Shown: one piece after another, positions 1 to 11,372 of the stretch
How the letters are laid out: every line of letters starts with the position of its first letter
How positions within the stretch are numbered: position 1 is the stretch's first letter
Assembly: GCA_013239625.1 (NCBI GenBank)
Contig: MU054187.1
Coordinates: 19,026,711-19,090,710, forward strand
Origin: Lama guanicoe
Taxonomy: Eukaryota
Direction: 5' to 3'
Length of the DNA stretch: 64,000 nucleotides
The notes under the pieces: model-generated
The model's input: only the letters and a program-made list of their open reading frames with translations
Told to the model about the DNA's origin: nothing
The model's database searches: none
Translations under genes and position numbers: made by a program

Positions 1-146
1 TCCCCTGGAGGGTCCATTAAACACAGACTGCTCGGCCCCACCTCTAGCTTCTAGTCTGGGGCAGACCCAGGAAATGCACAGTTGTAACGAGTTCCTAAGT
101 AATGCTAACTTGGTTGATTTGGGGAACACTGACAACCACGGCTCTA
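1..146. mobile_element. MER5-like hAT-Charlie DNA transposon remnant
   Basis: Resembles the recalled MER5A pattern (acacagactgctcggccccac...taacgagttcc...aaccacggctctag). Confidence 0.55.
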
Positions 147-565
147 GTCTGAGTTAGCTACCAGTTTAGAAGGTAGGGCATGGAGTTCCAGATTTGGGGT
201 GCAGGACTAAGCTGTCATTGTGCCATTGCTTTTCAGTGCTCACCTTTTCATTCATTTTACTTTTTATTTAGCAGGTACTTATATCACCGTGCCAGGCACC
301 CTTCTGAGGGTTTTACAATATTAAGGGTGTTAATCCTCATAACAACCTCTCAGGGATCAGAACTTCAGTCAGTACTGGGGAGTCCAAGAACCCACAGGTT
401 CTGTGTGAGATCTTGGCTTTAAAAGGAGAAAAAGAAAAAGCCAACTCTGCTACTGGGCTACCTCGGATGCAGTTTTTCCACTGGGTTATCCTTCACTCAC
501 AGGTCAGAATGCTACTGCTTTTGGTCAGGAGGCAAAGTGATCACTCTCATGGCCTTGCCAGTCAC

Positions 566-833
566 CTGGTAAGCGTGGTCGGTGTGCACGAGGTAGAGCG
601 TGGTGGGAGCGGAGCGGCTCAACGGTGTCATCAATTTTGTCTCAGTTTTGGCACAAGGAGCTTCTGTTCGGCTTGAATCTGGGATGGGGAAAGTGGGAGG
701 CGAAGCCAGGGACTGGGAGGGCGAAACCGGGGCCAGGCTGCTCAGTCCGTCTGCCACCGAGTCCGTGTTGAGCTTGATCTCAGTGTAGTAAAAGTCTTCC
801 TCTCCATCGCTGTAGTCAGAGTCCCCAACACGC
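566..833 (-). CDS. ZNF704: ZNF704 internal coding exon (probably exon 6), 268 bp: [22 protein letters not shown]...[12 protein letters not shown]
   Basis: Within ORF 512..949(-). Family motifs GEEDFYYTE and DHAYQ. Acceptor ttttgcattag|G CGT, donor TAC CAG|gtgact. 1+89x3 nt fits the phase of the previous exon. Confidence 0.96.
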
Positions 834-1182
834 CTAATGCAAAAGAGAGCAAAACTCCTACTAACCCAAGCCATTTTCTTGCCTTGAATTCTTGTGCGTG
901 CTGTTCCTTCTGTCGGGAATTCTCTTCCTCTGTCCTGTCTGCCTGGCAAACTCTCACTTAGCCTGCAACACTCAACTGCCCCCTTCAGGGAAGCCTTCCT
1001 TAACCTCTTAAAGCAATTTCTTCATCAATCAATTATTCAAAAATGATTTATTGAGAGCCTACTGGACAGGCACTTTTTTTTTTAGTGTCTCCTAATATTA
1101 TAGTGAACAAAACATAAAGAGACTCTGCCCTGATGGAACATATAGTCTAGTGGGAGAGGCAGACAAGAAGCTCACAATGGAA

Positions 1183-2554
1183 TGCATCAAAAACAGTAAA
1201 TACCTAGGAATAAACTTACCTAAGAAAACTATAAGACACCGATGGAAGAAACTGAAGATGACACAAACAGATGGAAAGATACACCGTGTTCCTTCATTAG
1301 AAGAATTAATATTTTTTAAATGACCATACGACCCAAGGCAATCTACAGATTCAATGCAATTCCTATCAAATTACCAATGGCATTTTTCACTGAACTAGAA
1401 CAAATCATTTTAAAATTTGTATGAAAACACAAAAGATCCCAGATAGCCGAAGCAATCTTGAGAAAGAACAGAGCTGGAGAAATCGGCCCTTGACTTCAGA
1501 CTATACTACAATGCTACAGTAATCAACGCAGTATGGAGCTGGCACGGAAACCGACACATAGGTCAATGGAACAAAACAGAGAGCCCAGAAGCAGACCCAC
1601 GGCACTTACGGTCAGTTAATCTACAGCAAAGGAGGCAAGAATAGATAACGGAGAAAAAGACAGCCTTTTAAATAAGTGGTGCTGGGAAAACTGGACAGCC
1701 ACACGTACAGGAATGAAACGGGAACATTCTCTAACATCATATACAAAAATAAACTCAAAATGGGTTAAAGATCTAAATGTAAGATATGATACCATAAAAT
1801 ACTCCTAGAGGAAAACGTAGGCAAACACTTTGACATAAATTGTAGCAATATTTTTTTTGGATCTATCTCCTACAGCAAAGGAAATAAAAGCAAAAATAAA
1901 CCAAGGGGACATAATTAAACTTAAAAGCTTTTGAACAACAAAGGAAACTATCGACAAAATGAAAAATCTACTGAATGGGAGAAAATATTTGCAAATGATA
2001 TGACTGATAAGAGGCTACTATCCAGAATATATAAGTAGCTCATTAACTCAACATTAAAAAAAACAAAAAACAAAAAACCCAAACAACTCTATTAAAAAAT
2101 GGGCAGAAGAACTGAAGAGACATTTTCCCAAAGAGGATATGCAGATGGCCAACAGGCACATTAAAAGACGTTCAACATTGCTAATCATCCGGGAAATGTA
2201 AATTAAAAGCACAGGGAGGTATCACCTCACACCTGTCAGAATAGCAATCATCGAAAAGAACACAAATAACAAATATTGGAGGGGATGTGGAGAAAAGGGA
2301 ACCCTTGTACACTGTTGGTGGGAACGTAAATTGGTGCAGTCACTGTGGAAAACAGTATGGAGGTTTTTTAAAAACTAAAACTAGGACTACCATATGGCGC
2401 AGCAATTCCACTCCTGGGTGTATACCCTAAAACCCCCAAAATACTAATGAAAAAAAATACATGCACCCCAATGTCATAGCAGCATTATTTACAGTTGCCA
2501 AGGTATGGAAGCAACCTAAGTGTCCATCAACAGATAAATGGATAAAGATGTGGT

Positions 2555-2591
<37 letters not shown>

Positions 2592-3017
2592 GGAATACTA
2601 CATAAAAAAAGAATGAACTTTTGCTATTTGCAGCAACATGGATGAACTTGGAGGGCCAGTGAAATAAGTCAGAGAAAAACAAATACGTATGATATGGCGT
2701 ATATGTGGAATCTAAAAAATACAACAAGCTAGTGAATATAATGAAAAAGAAACAGACTCACAGAGACCGAGAACAGGCTAGTGGTTATCAGTAAGGAGAG
2801 GGATGGAAGTAGGGACAATATAGAGGTAGGGAATTAAGAGGTACAAACTACTACGTATAAATAAATAGGCCAAAAGGGTATGTTGTACAATAAAGGGAAC
2901 ACAGCCACATATTTTATAATGACTACAAATGGAACTTAACCTTAAAAATTGTGAATCACTATATTGTAACCTGTAACTTATATAATATTATACATCAACT
3001 GTAACTCAATTAAAAAA
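1183..3017 (+). mobile_element. 5'-truncated LINE-1 (3' end of ORF2 plus 3'UTR and A tail), antisense to ZNF704
   Basis: Typical L1 ORF2 3' sequence (aaatacctaggaataaac, gcaatctacagattcaatgcaat, gacttcagactatactacaa, gcaattccactcctggg) with stops and frameshifts. A-rich end near 3012. Degenerate TSD aagaagctcacaatggaa (1165-1182) / aagaaacccataaggaa (3018-3034). Confidence 0.93.
2557..2588. repeat. (AC)16 microsatellite inside the L1
   Basis: Read directly. Confidence 0.97.
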
Positions 3018-3049
3018 AAGAAACCCATAAGGAAATAGATATTTAATAC

Positions 3050-3600
3050 ATCAAGTAGTGATAAATCCCAGAGAGAAAAATTAAGCAGCATTAAGAGTGT
3101 CCTTAAGCAGGGCATGTGATGGGAGGCATTCTTTTAAGTAGAGTGTTTAGACAAAGGTTCTCTGAGGAGGTGACATTTGAGCAGAAGTTTGAACGAGCTG
3201 AGGGAGAAACCCACGCGGGCACCGTGGGACGAACGTGCAGTGCCCTGGGGTGGGCTGGCACTTTCCAAGAAGGGCAGAGAGGCTGGGGGCAGGCGCTCAG
3301 GGCACCAGCCAGAGAGTGGCGGGAGGAGAGTGGGGCTGAAGGCAGAGGCAAGATCGCACAGGGCTTGTAGCTCTCGGGAAAGACTGGATTTTGTTCCGAA
3401 TGTGATGGAAGCCTCTGGGGATACTGAAGAACCTAAGCAACTTTTTCAAAGTTACTATCGCCTGGAGAACAGAGGACATGAGGGCGAGAGGAGGAGCAGG
3501 AGGCCGCAAGGAGGCTGCTGAGCGGCTGACAGTGGCTGGATGAAGGGTGGGCGTGGAAGTGACAGAGTTGTCAAACTGGGGACTTGATTTTAAAGGTTAG
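3050..3600 (-). mobile_element. Old L2-like LINE remnant; 1021-1182 is probably the same copy, split by the L1
   Basis: L2 hallmarks: atttattgagagcctact at ~1045 and ctctgaggaggtgacatttgagcagaag at ~3160. Confidence 0.55.
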
Positions 3601-3965
3601 GCACTGGGACTTAACCCCGAATGTCACATCCACTGAGCTCCCTTTGAGGTGCGTTCATTTTATTTAGTTCACTTTATTTCATTACTTGGTGCCTGTCTGT
3701 AATGTTTTCTTAAACCTCTGTGGCCTCCCTAAGACTGGTTCTCTAGGGCTATGTTTTGTTCATCCCTTGTGTCATGCCACACGTGGTGCATCTGGCATAG
3801 AGTAGGTGCCTATTAAACGTTAAATGAGTGAATAAAGCTGACGTTGTTGGAACACAGTGATTACCAGCCTGGATCCTGGGGTCAGATTTTCTGATTCAAA
3901 TCCCGACACCTTTGAGCTGTGTGTGTGATTTTGGCAGCCTACACCCTCGTATAAAATGGCATAGC

Positions 3966-4030
3966 ACAGCGCCCCCCCATCCCTTACCCTCAGGTTCCAC
4001 ATCTGCAGATGTGGAGTGCCTACTGTATAC
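3966..4030. mobile_element. Short Tigger/MER2-like palindromic element
   Basis: cag...ctgtata termini, with a perfect 20-bp palindrome tccacatctgcagatgtgga at 3996-4015. Confidence 0.5.
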
Positions 4031-6579
4031 AGAGCTTAGAAATGCACCACACACGGTGCATTTCTCAAATAAGGCTGATATTAGAAGACCTCAGATTTTA
4101 GCATCATCAGGAAAACTACCTTCTGGTGCTTTCACAGTTCTCCCTGAGACATGAGCAAAACAGTTATTGTATTTTATGCAAAACTTTCTGTGGAAAAATA
4201 CAGTCAAATAAAAGATGACATTGATTCACTCTGTTAATTTCTAGCGAAATCATGCACATCTAGCCACCTGCCTTTATGGGATGGCCTCTGGACCTCTCCC
4301 TTCCACGGGGCAGCCCCAGATTTCATGACCATGTCCGGCAGGAGCAGGGCACTGACTTGGAATAACTTTTTCCCCCACTTACAATCCCTGTGTAGAAAAC
4401 TGAGGATTCAGATCTCCGCTTCTCCTTGGCCTTTCTGTTCAGCCAGATGGGCGGCTTCTCCCAGCCTGGGTCCGCTTCCCCTGGGCTCTCGGGCTGAGGT
4501 ATCTGGGGAGGTGTCTGTCCCGTATCAGGTCAGCTGGGCTTGGCTTTCTTACAAGCATGCCACCGAGGACCTCAGAGAGCGGGCTGAAGAACGCATGTCT
4601 GCTCTATTCCTGTCCCCACTTCCTTTCCAGCACGGGGCAGGCTGGGTTGCTACTGGCTGCCGAGGATTACTAACACACAGGCCTGGGGGGAGTTGTGCGC
4701 CCTACATGGGGGCGAGTCAGAATCGGCCCCCGGTGCACAAGAATAGAGTGAGATTTAAGAGAAAGACGGTGTACTTTTTGCGCTGGCATGGTTCACACTG
4801 CAGCTGTGTAAGATGCGGGATGCGTATCTTGGGGCTTTGGTGTGCTCCCCCCCTCCTCCATCCGCCGACGGTCACATAACTGAGCTCATGGATCCAGGCA
4901 AAGCTGGTTTCCCTCTCCCAGCAGAAAAGAGCTGAGGCCGCAGGCTTCTATGCACACACCCCAGCCTTGCAGTCCTGCTCGTCCAGGCCCATTCCCGGGC
5001 AGTGGCTGGCAGGGCTGTGACTCCTAGTTCACCAAGGCACTTTGAAGCGCACAGAGTGAAAAGGGAATTTTAGGGAAGCGAATACAGCGGCTGCATTTGG
5101 AATTTCACCCACCATGAGAGCACCCAGGGAGCAAAAAGGAAAATGGTGTGAATGCCACTTATAGGCTACAAATACGTCAATGCAGCACGTGTTTCCGCAA
5201 GGTGAGGAATAGGATTTGATTTTTCTGGGCAGATGGACTTTAAAACAAACCCCGTAGCTCCTGATTATAGCTTCAGGAAGTTCTTTCTAAATCTTTAAGT
5301 AACTCTGAGCTACTGACAATGGGAGCTGTCCTGACAGTGAAGTTTGAGGGGAGACACTGCAGGATTTCCTGCCCCAAAGGCTTTAGAAACAGAAGCGCGT
5401 TGCACCTGTCAGTGTTTCCTGTGTGGTGTTTCTTGGAGGATGAGGTGGACCCTCTGGCCAGGGAGGAGGAGGCCCGCTTTGCTGGGCCACACCCACAGCG
5501 CTTGGTGAATTTCCATGTGCTGCGCCCTGGAAGGGTCAGGCTGTGTCCCCGGCATCCCAGACCTTCAGGTTAGAGAGCTAGAGCTCTGCTTCTCTCCAGG
5601 CCCTGAAGGAGACCCCCGCACGAATCAGCAAAATCACCTTAGGACTGGCTTTTGTTTTCTTTTCATACCACTTTTTTTTATGGACGATGCATTTCCTAAA
5701 TTTATCCCTTGCTGGCCAAAGTGACTGCAGTGTTTATTTCTCAACACTCATCTTGTTGAAAGAACTCCTCTGTGTCCAAGTGTCTGGGGGCTTGATCATG
5801 TGTTTTGGTTCACCTTATGCACACTGGCGATGACTTACAGCTTCTCAAGGTCCCTTCTAAGTCCCAGAACCCGGGACAAGAGAGACCCAGAGCCTAAAGG
5901 ACAAGGCTGAACCACCACTGCCCCCCAGTTGCTCAAAACTGACTTTAATCTTTCCTTAGAAAGGTTTTTCTATAACACAAGGAGAAGTGTCAGTGGTACA
6001 AACGAAAGGCTTATTTGAGCAACAGAAACTGAGAGAGCAGGTCATCAGACATCAGAGGAACCGCAGCAGGAGCGCTGATGGACCCCGTGGCTCCTAAACC
6101 CTTTTCAGGCTGCACCTCAAAGCCATGACTGCTCTCCATCAGGAGAAAGGCGCACATTCCCTTTGACAGACAACTTTGGGGGTCCAAGGATCCCCTACCC
6201 TAAGTGTTTCATCTCTTACAAGTCACTGTCATATACATTTTATTTTTGACCCTTACACATGACCCTGCAGGAATGATATCATTAGCTTCATTTTCAGGGG
6301 GAACTGAGAGGCTCAGAGCAGTGACTCCCTTAATCTCACTTTGTAAGTATATCAGGAAGGCTTTACAACTTCAAGTCCACGTTCTTCCCACTTGCCATAC
6401 TGGCCTCTGTCATCTGTGGTGGCCACATCCACAGTGATAAGGAAGACCAGGCAAGCCCAGCCCCTATTCCTGTGTTCAGACTTTTTAAGGCACAGGGTGG
6501 AAGAGTCAGCCTGAGTGCAGGTGGTCCTGGACTGAACTGACGGCGGCTACACCAGGCTCTGAAGGCAGGGCTGCCTTAC

Positions 6580-6680
6580 CCAAGGTGAATGGTCCGGATG
6601 TGTTTCTGGATACCCGCTGCAGTGCTCAGCACCTTCCCGCAGTTCTTCCAGAGGCATTTGAACATCACCTTCATGGAGTT
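6580..6680 (-). CDS. ZNF704: ZNF704 C2H2 zinc-finger exon (probably exon 5), 101 bp: [33 protein letters not shown](G)
   Basis: Within ORF 6576..6779(-). C-x4-C-x12-H-x4-H finger. Acceptor ccctttacag|AAC, donor CTT GG|gtaagg. Phase 0 in, phase 2 out. Confidence 0.96.
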
Positions 6681-7609
6681 CTGTAAAGGGGAGAAAGTGA
6701 GATGAAAACTAGCCCAGCAATTTTTTTCTGTCGTCCCAAAGTACTTTTTTCCTTCATTAGATAAGTAACAGGTTCCCATTCTCTTGACTACAACTCACTA
6801 CGCCATTCTAGGAAACCCTCTATCTGGCGGGGACTGTGGTGACCTCAGATGTTTTCCTACATCCTTCCTGAGTACTGAGACCTGCAGGAGCATTTAGTTC
6901 ACTGTCATTAAGGTGGTCACAAGGTCAGTTAGGTGTTAATGGCAGTATCTAACGTTCACGGAGCGCTCGGCACATGCCAGGTGCTATGCTAAGAGTTTAT
7001 CTCACTGAATCCTAAAAGATGAATAATTATTATCATCACATTTTACAGATTCATGGAAAGCTTCAGTACAACATGCCCAGTCAGTGAGCCAGCTTCTAGC
7101 AAAGCTGGGGAGGAATCTGGGGAGTCCAGCTCCGGGAACCACCCTCTCCACCAGGACACAATTCCACCTTCTTCCACAAGGATCTCAGCTGTTACCGTGA
7201 TTGCCACCTCATTATCTTAACTGGCTATAAATTTAGTTTTCAGTGGTGGTCATGGTGAGGGTTGAATTAGACAGTCTTCTCTTCACTCTACATAGGACTT
7301 TTTCTTCCAACCCTGTGTACTCTGCCCAGGTAGCTACTTGAGGGAGGTCTAAGTTCACCAGAAGAGAATGGAAAATCTGCCGCAGGAAAAATGACTGTCT
7401 CATTTATAATGACTCAGGTCATTAGCATAAGCAACTGGACTGCCTTTTTTTACACTCTGGGTTTATGGCTAAAGTTCTTGTTGATTTGCAAGGTGGCTGC
7501 ACACGTGGGCCCAGAAATGTAATTACACCCAGCGGGGAGACCAGAAACCGTGCTTAAGGATGAGCATTTCCAAACCCCCTCACAGAGGGGAGGCTCGCTT
7601 TCTCCTCTT

Positions 7610-7804
7610 CCTCTTCTTCTTCTTCTTTTTTAAAAGATTTATTTTTAAAAATCTTATTTTATTTATTTAAAAAAATGTGAGGGTGGTGGATTAGATTTAT
7701 TTATTTATTTTATTATTATTTTTTTAAACGGAGGTACTGGGGACTGAACCCAGGACCTCGTGCAGGCTAAGCAAGCGCTCTACCACTGAGCTACACCCTC
7801 CTCC
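7610..7804 (-). mobile_element. tRNA-derived camelid SINE (Vic-1-like)
   Basis: Reverse strand reads tagctcagtggtagagcgcttgcttagc...gaggtcctgggttcagtccccagtacctcc (A and B boxes), followed by an A-rich tail. Confidence 0.88.
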
Positions 7805-8862
7805 CTACCTCATCTTTTTGAACAAGACATCTCACATTTACTTCCTTTGAATAACACATCTTGCGTTTATTACCCCATCACCCCAAACTGTCAGAGCTCT
7901 GGTCCCATAATCTACTCACGCCCAGTATGTGCCATCTCTAAATCTGGGGGAAATGCAGATGACAAGCTTTGGAAATACCTGTAATTTTGACCCAGTTCAA
8001 CTTTCAGGGATCTAACCTAAGCAAATCATTCAAAACGTCTGCAAAGATCTGTGTATAAAGGTATTAACCACACTGACATTTCGACTAGTGAAAAATCAGA
8101 AATAATCTCAAGGCTGACGGTGGAGGGGGGATTGGTTACACTAATTCCATGTAACTGTATATTAAGGAATCTTAAAAATGAAGTTGAGAAAAGCTCTGAC
8201 GTGAAGAAACAAGCTCCCAGGCTAGGAAGGGAGCTGCTGATACTTCTCATTTGCCCTGCAGGTTTCTCGCTGCTCCCTTCCCCACCCTGCTCAGTGCCCT
8301 GGAGGTTGACCTTTATGTATCAAGGGGGCCCCTCACTGGCTCCTGGGTGGTGCTGGCCAGTGGGAGGACAGGGAGGAGGAGAGACTGGAAGGCAGCAGGG
8401 TGTGGATTCTCTCAGCATCCTTTCTGCCTGGCCACGGGTGGGCAGCGGCTACATTTCTCCTCCAAAAGTTTCTACCTCTACTGGTTATTTCCAAAGTGTT
8501 AGTCACCCTCTGGGTTCTGGAAACCCCTCTTTACTTGCCTCTTCAGGCTTTGGGAGGGAGTAATACTGTTTGCCCCTGGGGTACTGAACCACCCCTTCTG
8601 ATTCATTCCCCAACCCTATTCATACCTTTTTAAAGAGCCTCTCTATTGGACTTCTCAATTACCCCATTTGAGTACCACCAGTTTCCTTGAGGACCTTGAC
8701 TGAAATGGTGGGAAAGTAGGTTATACAAGAAAATAAACAACATTATATATTTGGGGATGGGTAGGTAAAACAAATAAAAATGTATTATTGCATAGTGGAA
8801 ATACCAGCAAAGGGTATCTTATTTTGACATTAATTTCCAAATGTAAAAATTACCCTATTTTA

Positions 8863-9092
8863 TTTGATTTGTTTATTTTTTATCATACAGATTTTTTTTT
8901 CCCCTAGAGGCCCTCGAAGTGTTATGCCTCTTTTTGCTTGTTTGTTTGTGTTGCTGTTTTTTTTTTAGGGGGGAAGTAATTAAATCTATTTATTCATTTA
9001 ATTTATTTTTTTAGCGGAGGTACTGGGGATTGAACCCAGGACTCTTGCATGCTAAGCACTCGCTCTACCACTGAGCTATACCCTCCCCCCAC
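8863..9092 (-). mobile_element. Vic-1-like SINE with extended 3' segment and 16-bp TSD
   Basis: Head at ~9016-9090. TSD aaattaccctatttta at 8847-8862 and 9093-9108. Confidence 0.9.
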
Positions 9093-9232
9093 AAATTACC
9101 CTATTTTAAATGAAAAACAGAAGCCACCCTATGATACCTGCTTGACTAATTTTGGAGAAAAAAGCTTACTAGCATGGCCATCTCAACTGTAATGAAATCA
9201 AGAGACTTTCCCCTCACCTAGGCGAAGGGCGG

Positions 9233-9320
9233 TTTTGTTTTGAAGTGGGGGTACCGGGAATTGAACCTAGGACCTCGTGCGTGCTAAGCACACCCTCTAC
9301 CACTGAGCTATACCCTCCCC
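9233..9320 (-). mobile_element. Vic-1-like SINE, short form
   Basis: Same tRNA-like head. Degenerate TSD ggcgaagggcg / ggtgaaggacg. Confidence 0.85.
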
Positions 9321-10294
9321 TGGTGAAGGACGTCCTTGTGTCAAACCATGAGGCCCCTTAAATGGTGGTTAAGTACTTTTCAAGATCTGCTAACTACATC
9401 CCATGGAGACAAATCCTTTGTCTACAGACTACTCACTATTATGCTAAAGGACAGCCAGCCATGGAAGGAGGAGAATAGGAAAAAATAGCCAAATCAACAG
9501 CGCCCAGATTGCCACATGGGTCTAAGCTCGCCCAAGGAAGCCCAAACCAAGCAGAGCTGCTGGCAGAGTCCCGGCTGCCAAGCCTGAACTTCAGCCCATC
9601 TGTGCTTCCGCCCTGGCTCCCCGCCGCAGCCCGAACAGATGCTCACAAGGCTGGAGTGTCCGAGGTAGAGGGAGGCCACTGTCAGCTGGAAGCCACAGTG
9701 TGCTAGGGTCTTCCGCACATCTGCCTTAGGTAGCTGAAGCCCCTGGCGGTTACAAGCAGGATTCATGGAATCTACACGTGCCCAACGTGACATTCGCAGC
9801 AGCTCCCAGAAAAGCTCTCCAGAGTTACCCAACTTTGGTGCTGTGGGCTACGACAGTTGGAGAGAACTTCCTGGAGGGTCTCCCCCTTGCAGAAACATCC
9901 AGAATGTCTCCAACATTAACTGCTCTGGGGCTATAGGCTGAGATCTTTGGCCAAGGCTTCCGTCATCTCTCTGCTTTCCTTTCCATGGCGAGCTTCCGTG
10001 CTGGCTTGGAATTGTTTCATAGTTAAGAGTATGTGGAGTAGCTTCTGTTTTCCTGCTCGAATCCAGACTGGTACACAGCACTGCTGATGGTCACCTTCAG
10101 TTCCAAGAGTGAAAACATGGCTGGATTTTGAAGTTTTATGTAACACACCCAGGAATAAGTTCAATTAAAGCTACGTTCCAGAGGGTCTGTGAGCATCACA
10201 TATCCAGTTTACCTTACAGCAGCCTGGGGTTAATGTCAAGCCACCTTTTCTGAGGCAGTTGAGAAGTTCCTCAGGTGTGCTTTAGTTGGGATTG

Positions 10295-10296
<2 letters not shown>

Positions 10297-10334
<38 letters not shown>
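10297..10334. repeat. (GT)19 microsatellite
   Basis: Read directly. Confidence 0.97.
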
Positions 10335-10335
<1 letters not shown>

Positions 10336-10839
10336 GGGATGGGGGGATGGACGCTCACATATCAAGCTCCCCAGAGAGGAGAGGGACCAATTATTCTGCA
10401 CAGACAATGGTGCTGCATTACACATGCTCCCTCAGCCTGCCTCGTGGGAACCCACACCTCTTAGCAGAGACTCCAATGTCTCTTTCAGTATCAGGAAGTC
10501 CACTCAGACCCTCAGACGGTTCCAAAAGACCAAGAAGTGGTGTCTTAAAAAAACAATCAGTCACTGCTTAGAAGGTACAGGGGTTCCAGTTCTCTCCTTT
10601 ACTGGGAAGGCAGCCTTACACATGTCACTTCACCACTTTGGGGCTTTATTTCTTTATTTGTAAAATAGGAGGACCTAACAAGGTGAGCGATTTTGGATCC
10701 GTGAGGCATGTGGGGTTAACACAAAGTGATAGGTAAATTCAAATGTATACCAAGCAGGGATTAAACACCTCCCACCTAGATGTGCTGTGTATAGATGCTG
10801 TGGTAATAAATACAACTTAAAAATAACAAAAAGATATTT

Positions 10840-11260
10840 TTGTAAATGAAATAATACAAAATGAATTCTTTTGTGTCTGGCTCCTACACCTCAGTGTAAT
10901 GCTTTTGAGATTTGTCCGTTGTCTCGTACAGCAGTCATTTGTTCTCTTTTATTGTGGTATAATATTCCACGGTATGAATGTGCCACAATTTGTTTATCCA
11001 TTTACCTGTTTGCAGAGATCTGGACTGTTTCCAGTTTGGGGTGACAATGAATTAAACTGCTATGAACATGTGTCTGCAAGTGTTTTGCGGGCATGGTTTC
11101 ATATCTCTTAGGTAAATACCTAAGAGTGGAATTACTGGGTCACATGGTAAGTATATATTTAACTTTATAAGAAACTGCCAAACTGCTTTACAAAGTGGTT
11201 CTACCATTCTGCATTCCCAAGAGCAATGAATGAGAGTTCCTGTTGCCAACACTTGGTATT
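10840..11260 (-). mobile_element. Old L1M fragment
   Basis: ggtaaatacctaagagtggaattactgggtcacatggtaag...gaaactgccaaactg; ORF 11052..11336(-) contains the L1 ORF2 C-terminal-like LPCDPVIPLLGIY. Confidence 0.85.
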
Positions 11261-11285
11261 CTGTACACCAAAAAGTGCACACTGT

Positions 11286-11372
11286 GGGGGTGGGGGCAGG
11301 TACGGCTCGGCGGTAGAGTGCGTGCTTAGCATGCACGAGGTCCTGAGTTCAATCCCCAGTACCTCCATTAAT
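11286..11372 (+). mobile_element. Vic-1-like SINE, short form, 16-bp TSD
   Basis: Perfect TSD aaaaagtgcacactgt at 11270-11285 and 11373-11388. Confidence 0.9.

Noticed and set aside
4325..4879. 184-aa ORF on the plus strand
   Set aside because: Antisense intronic, with no recognisable domain or splice support.
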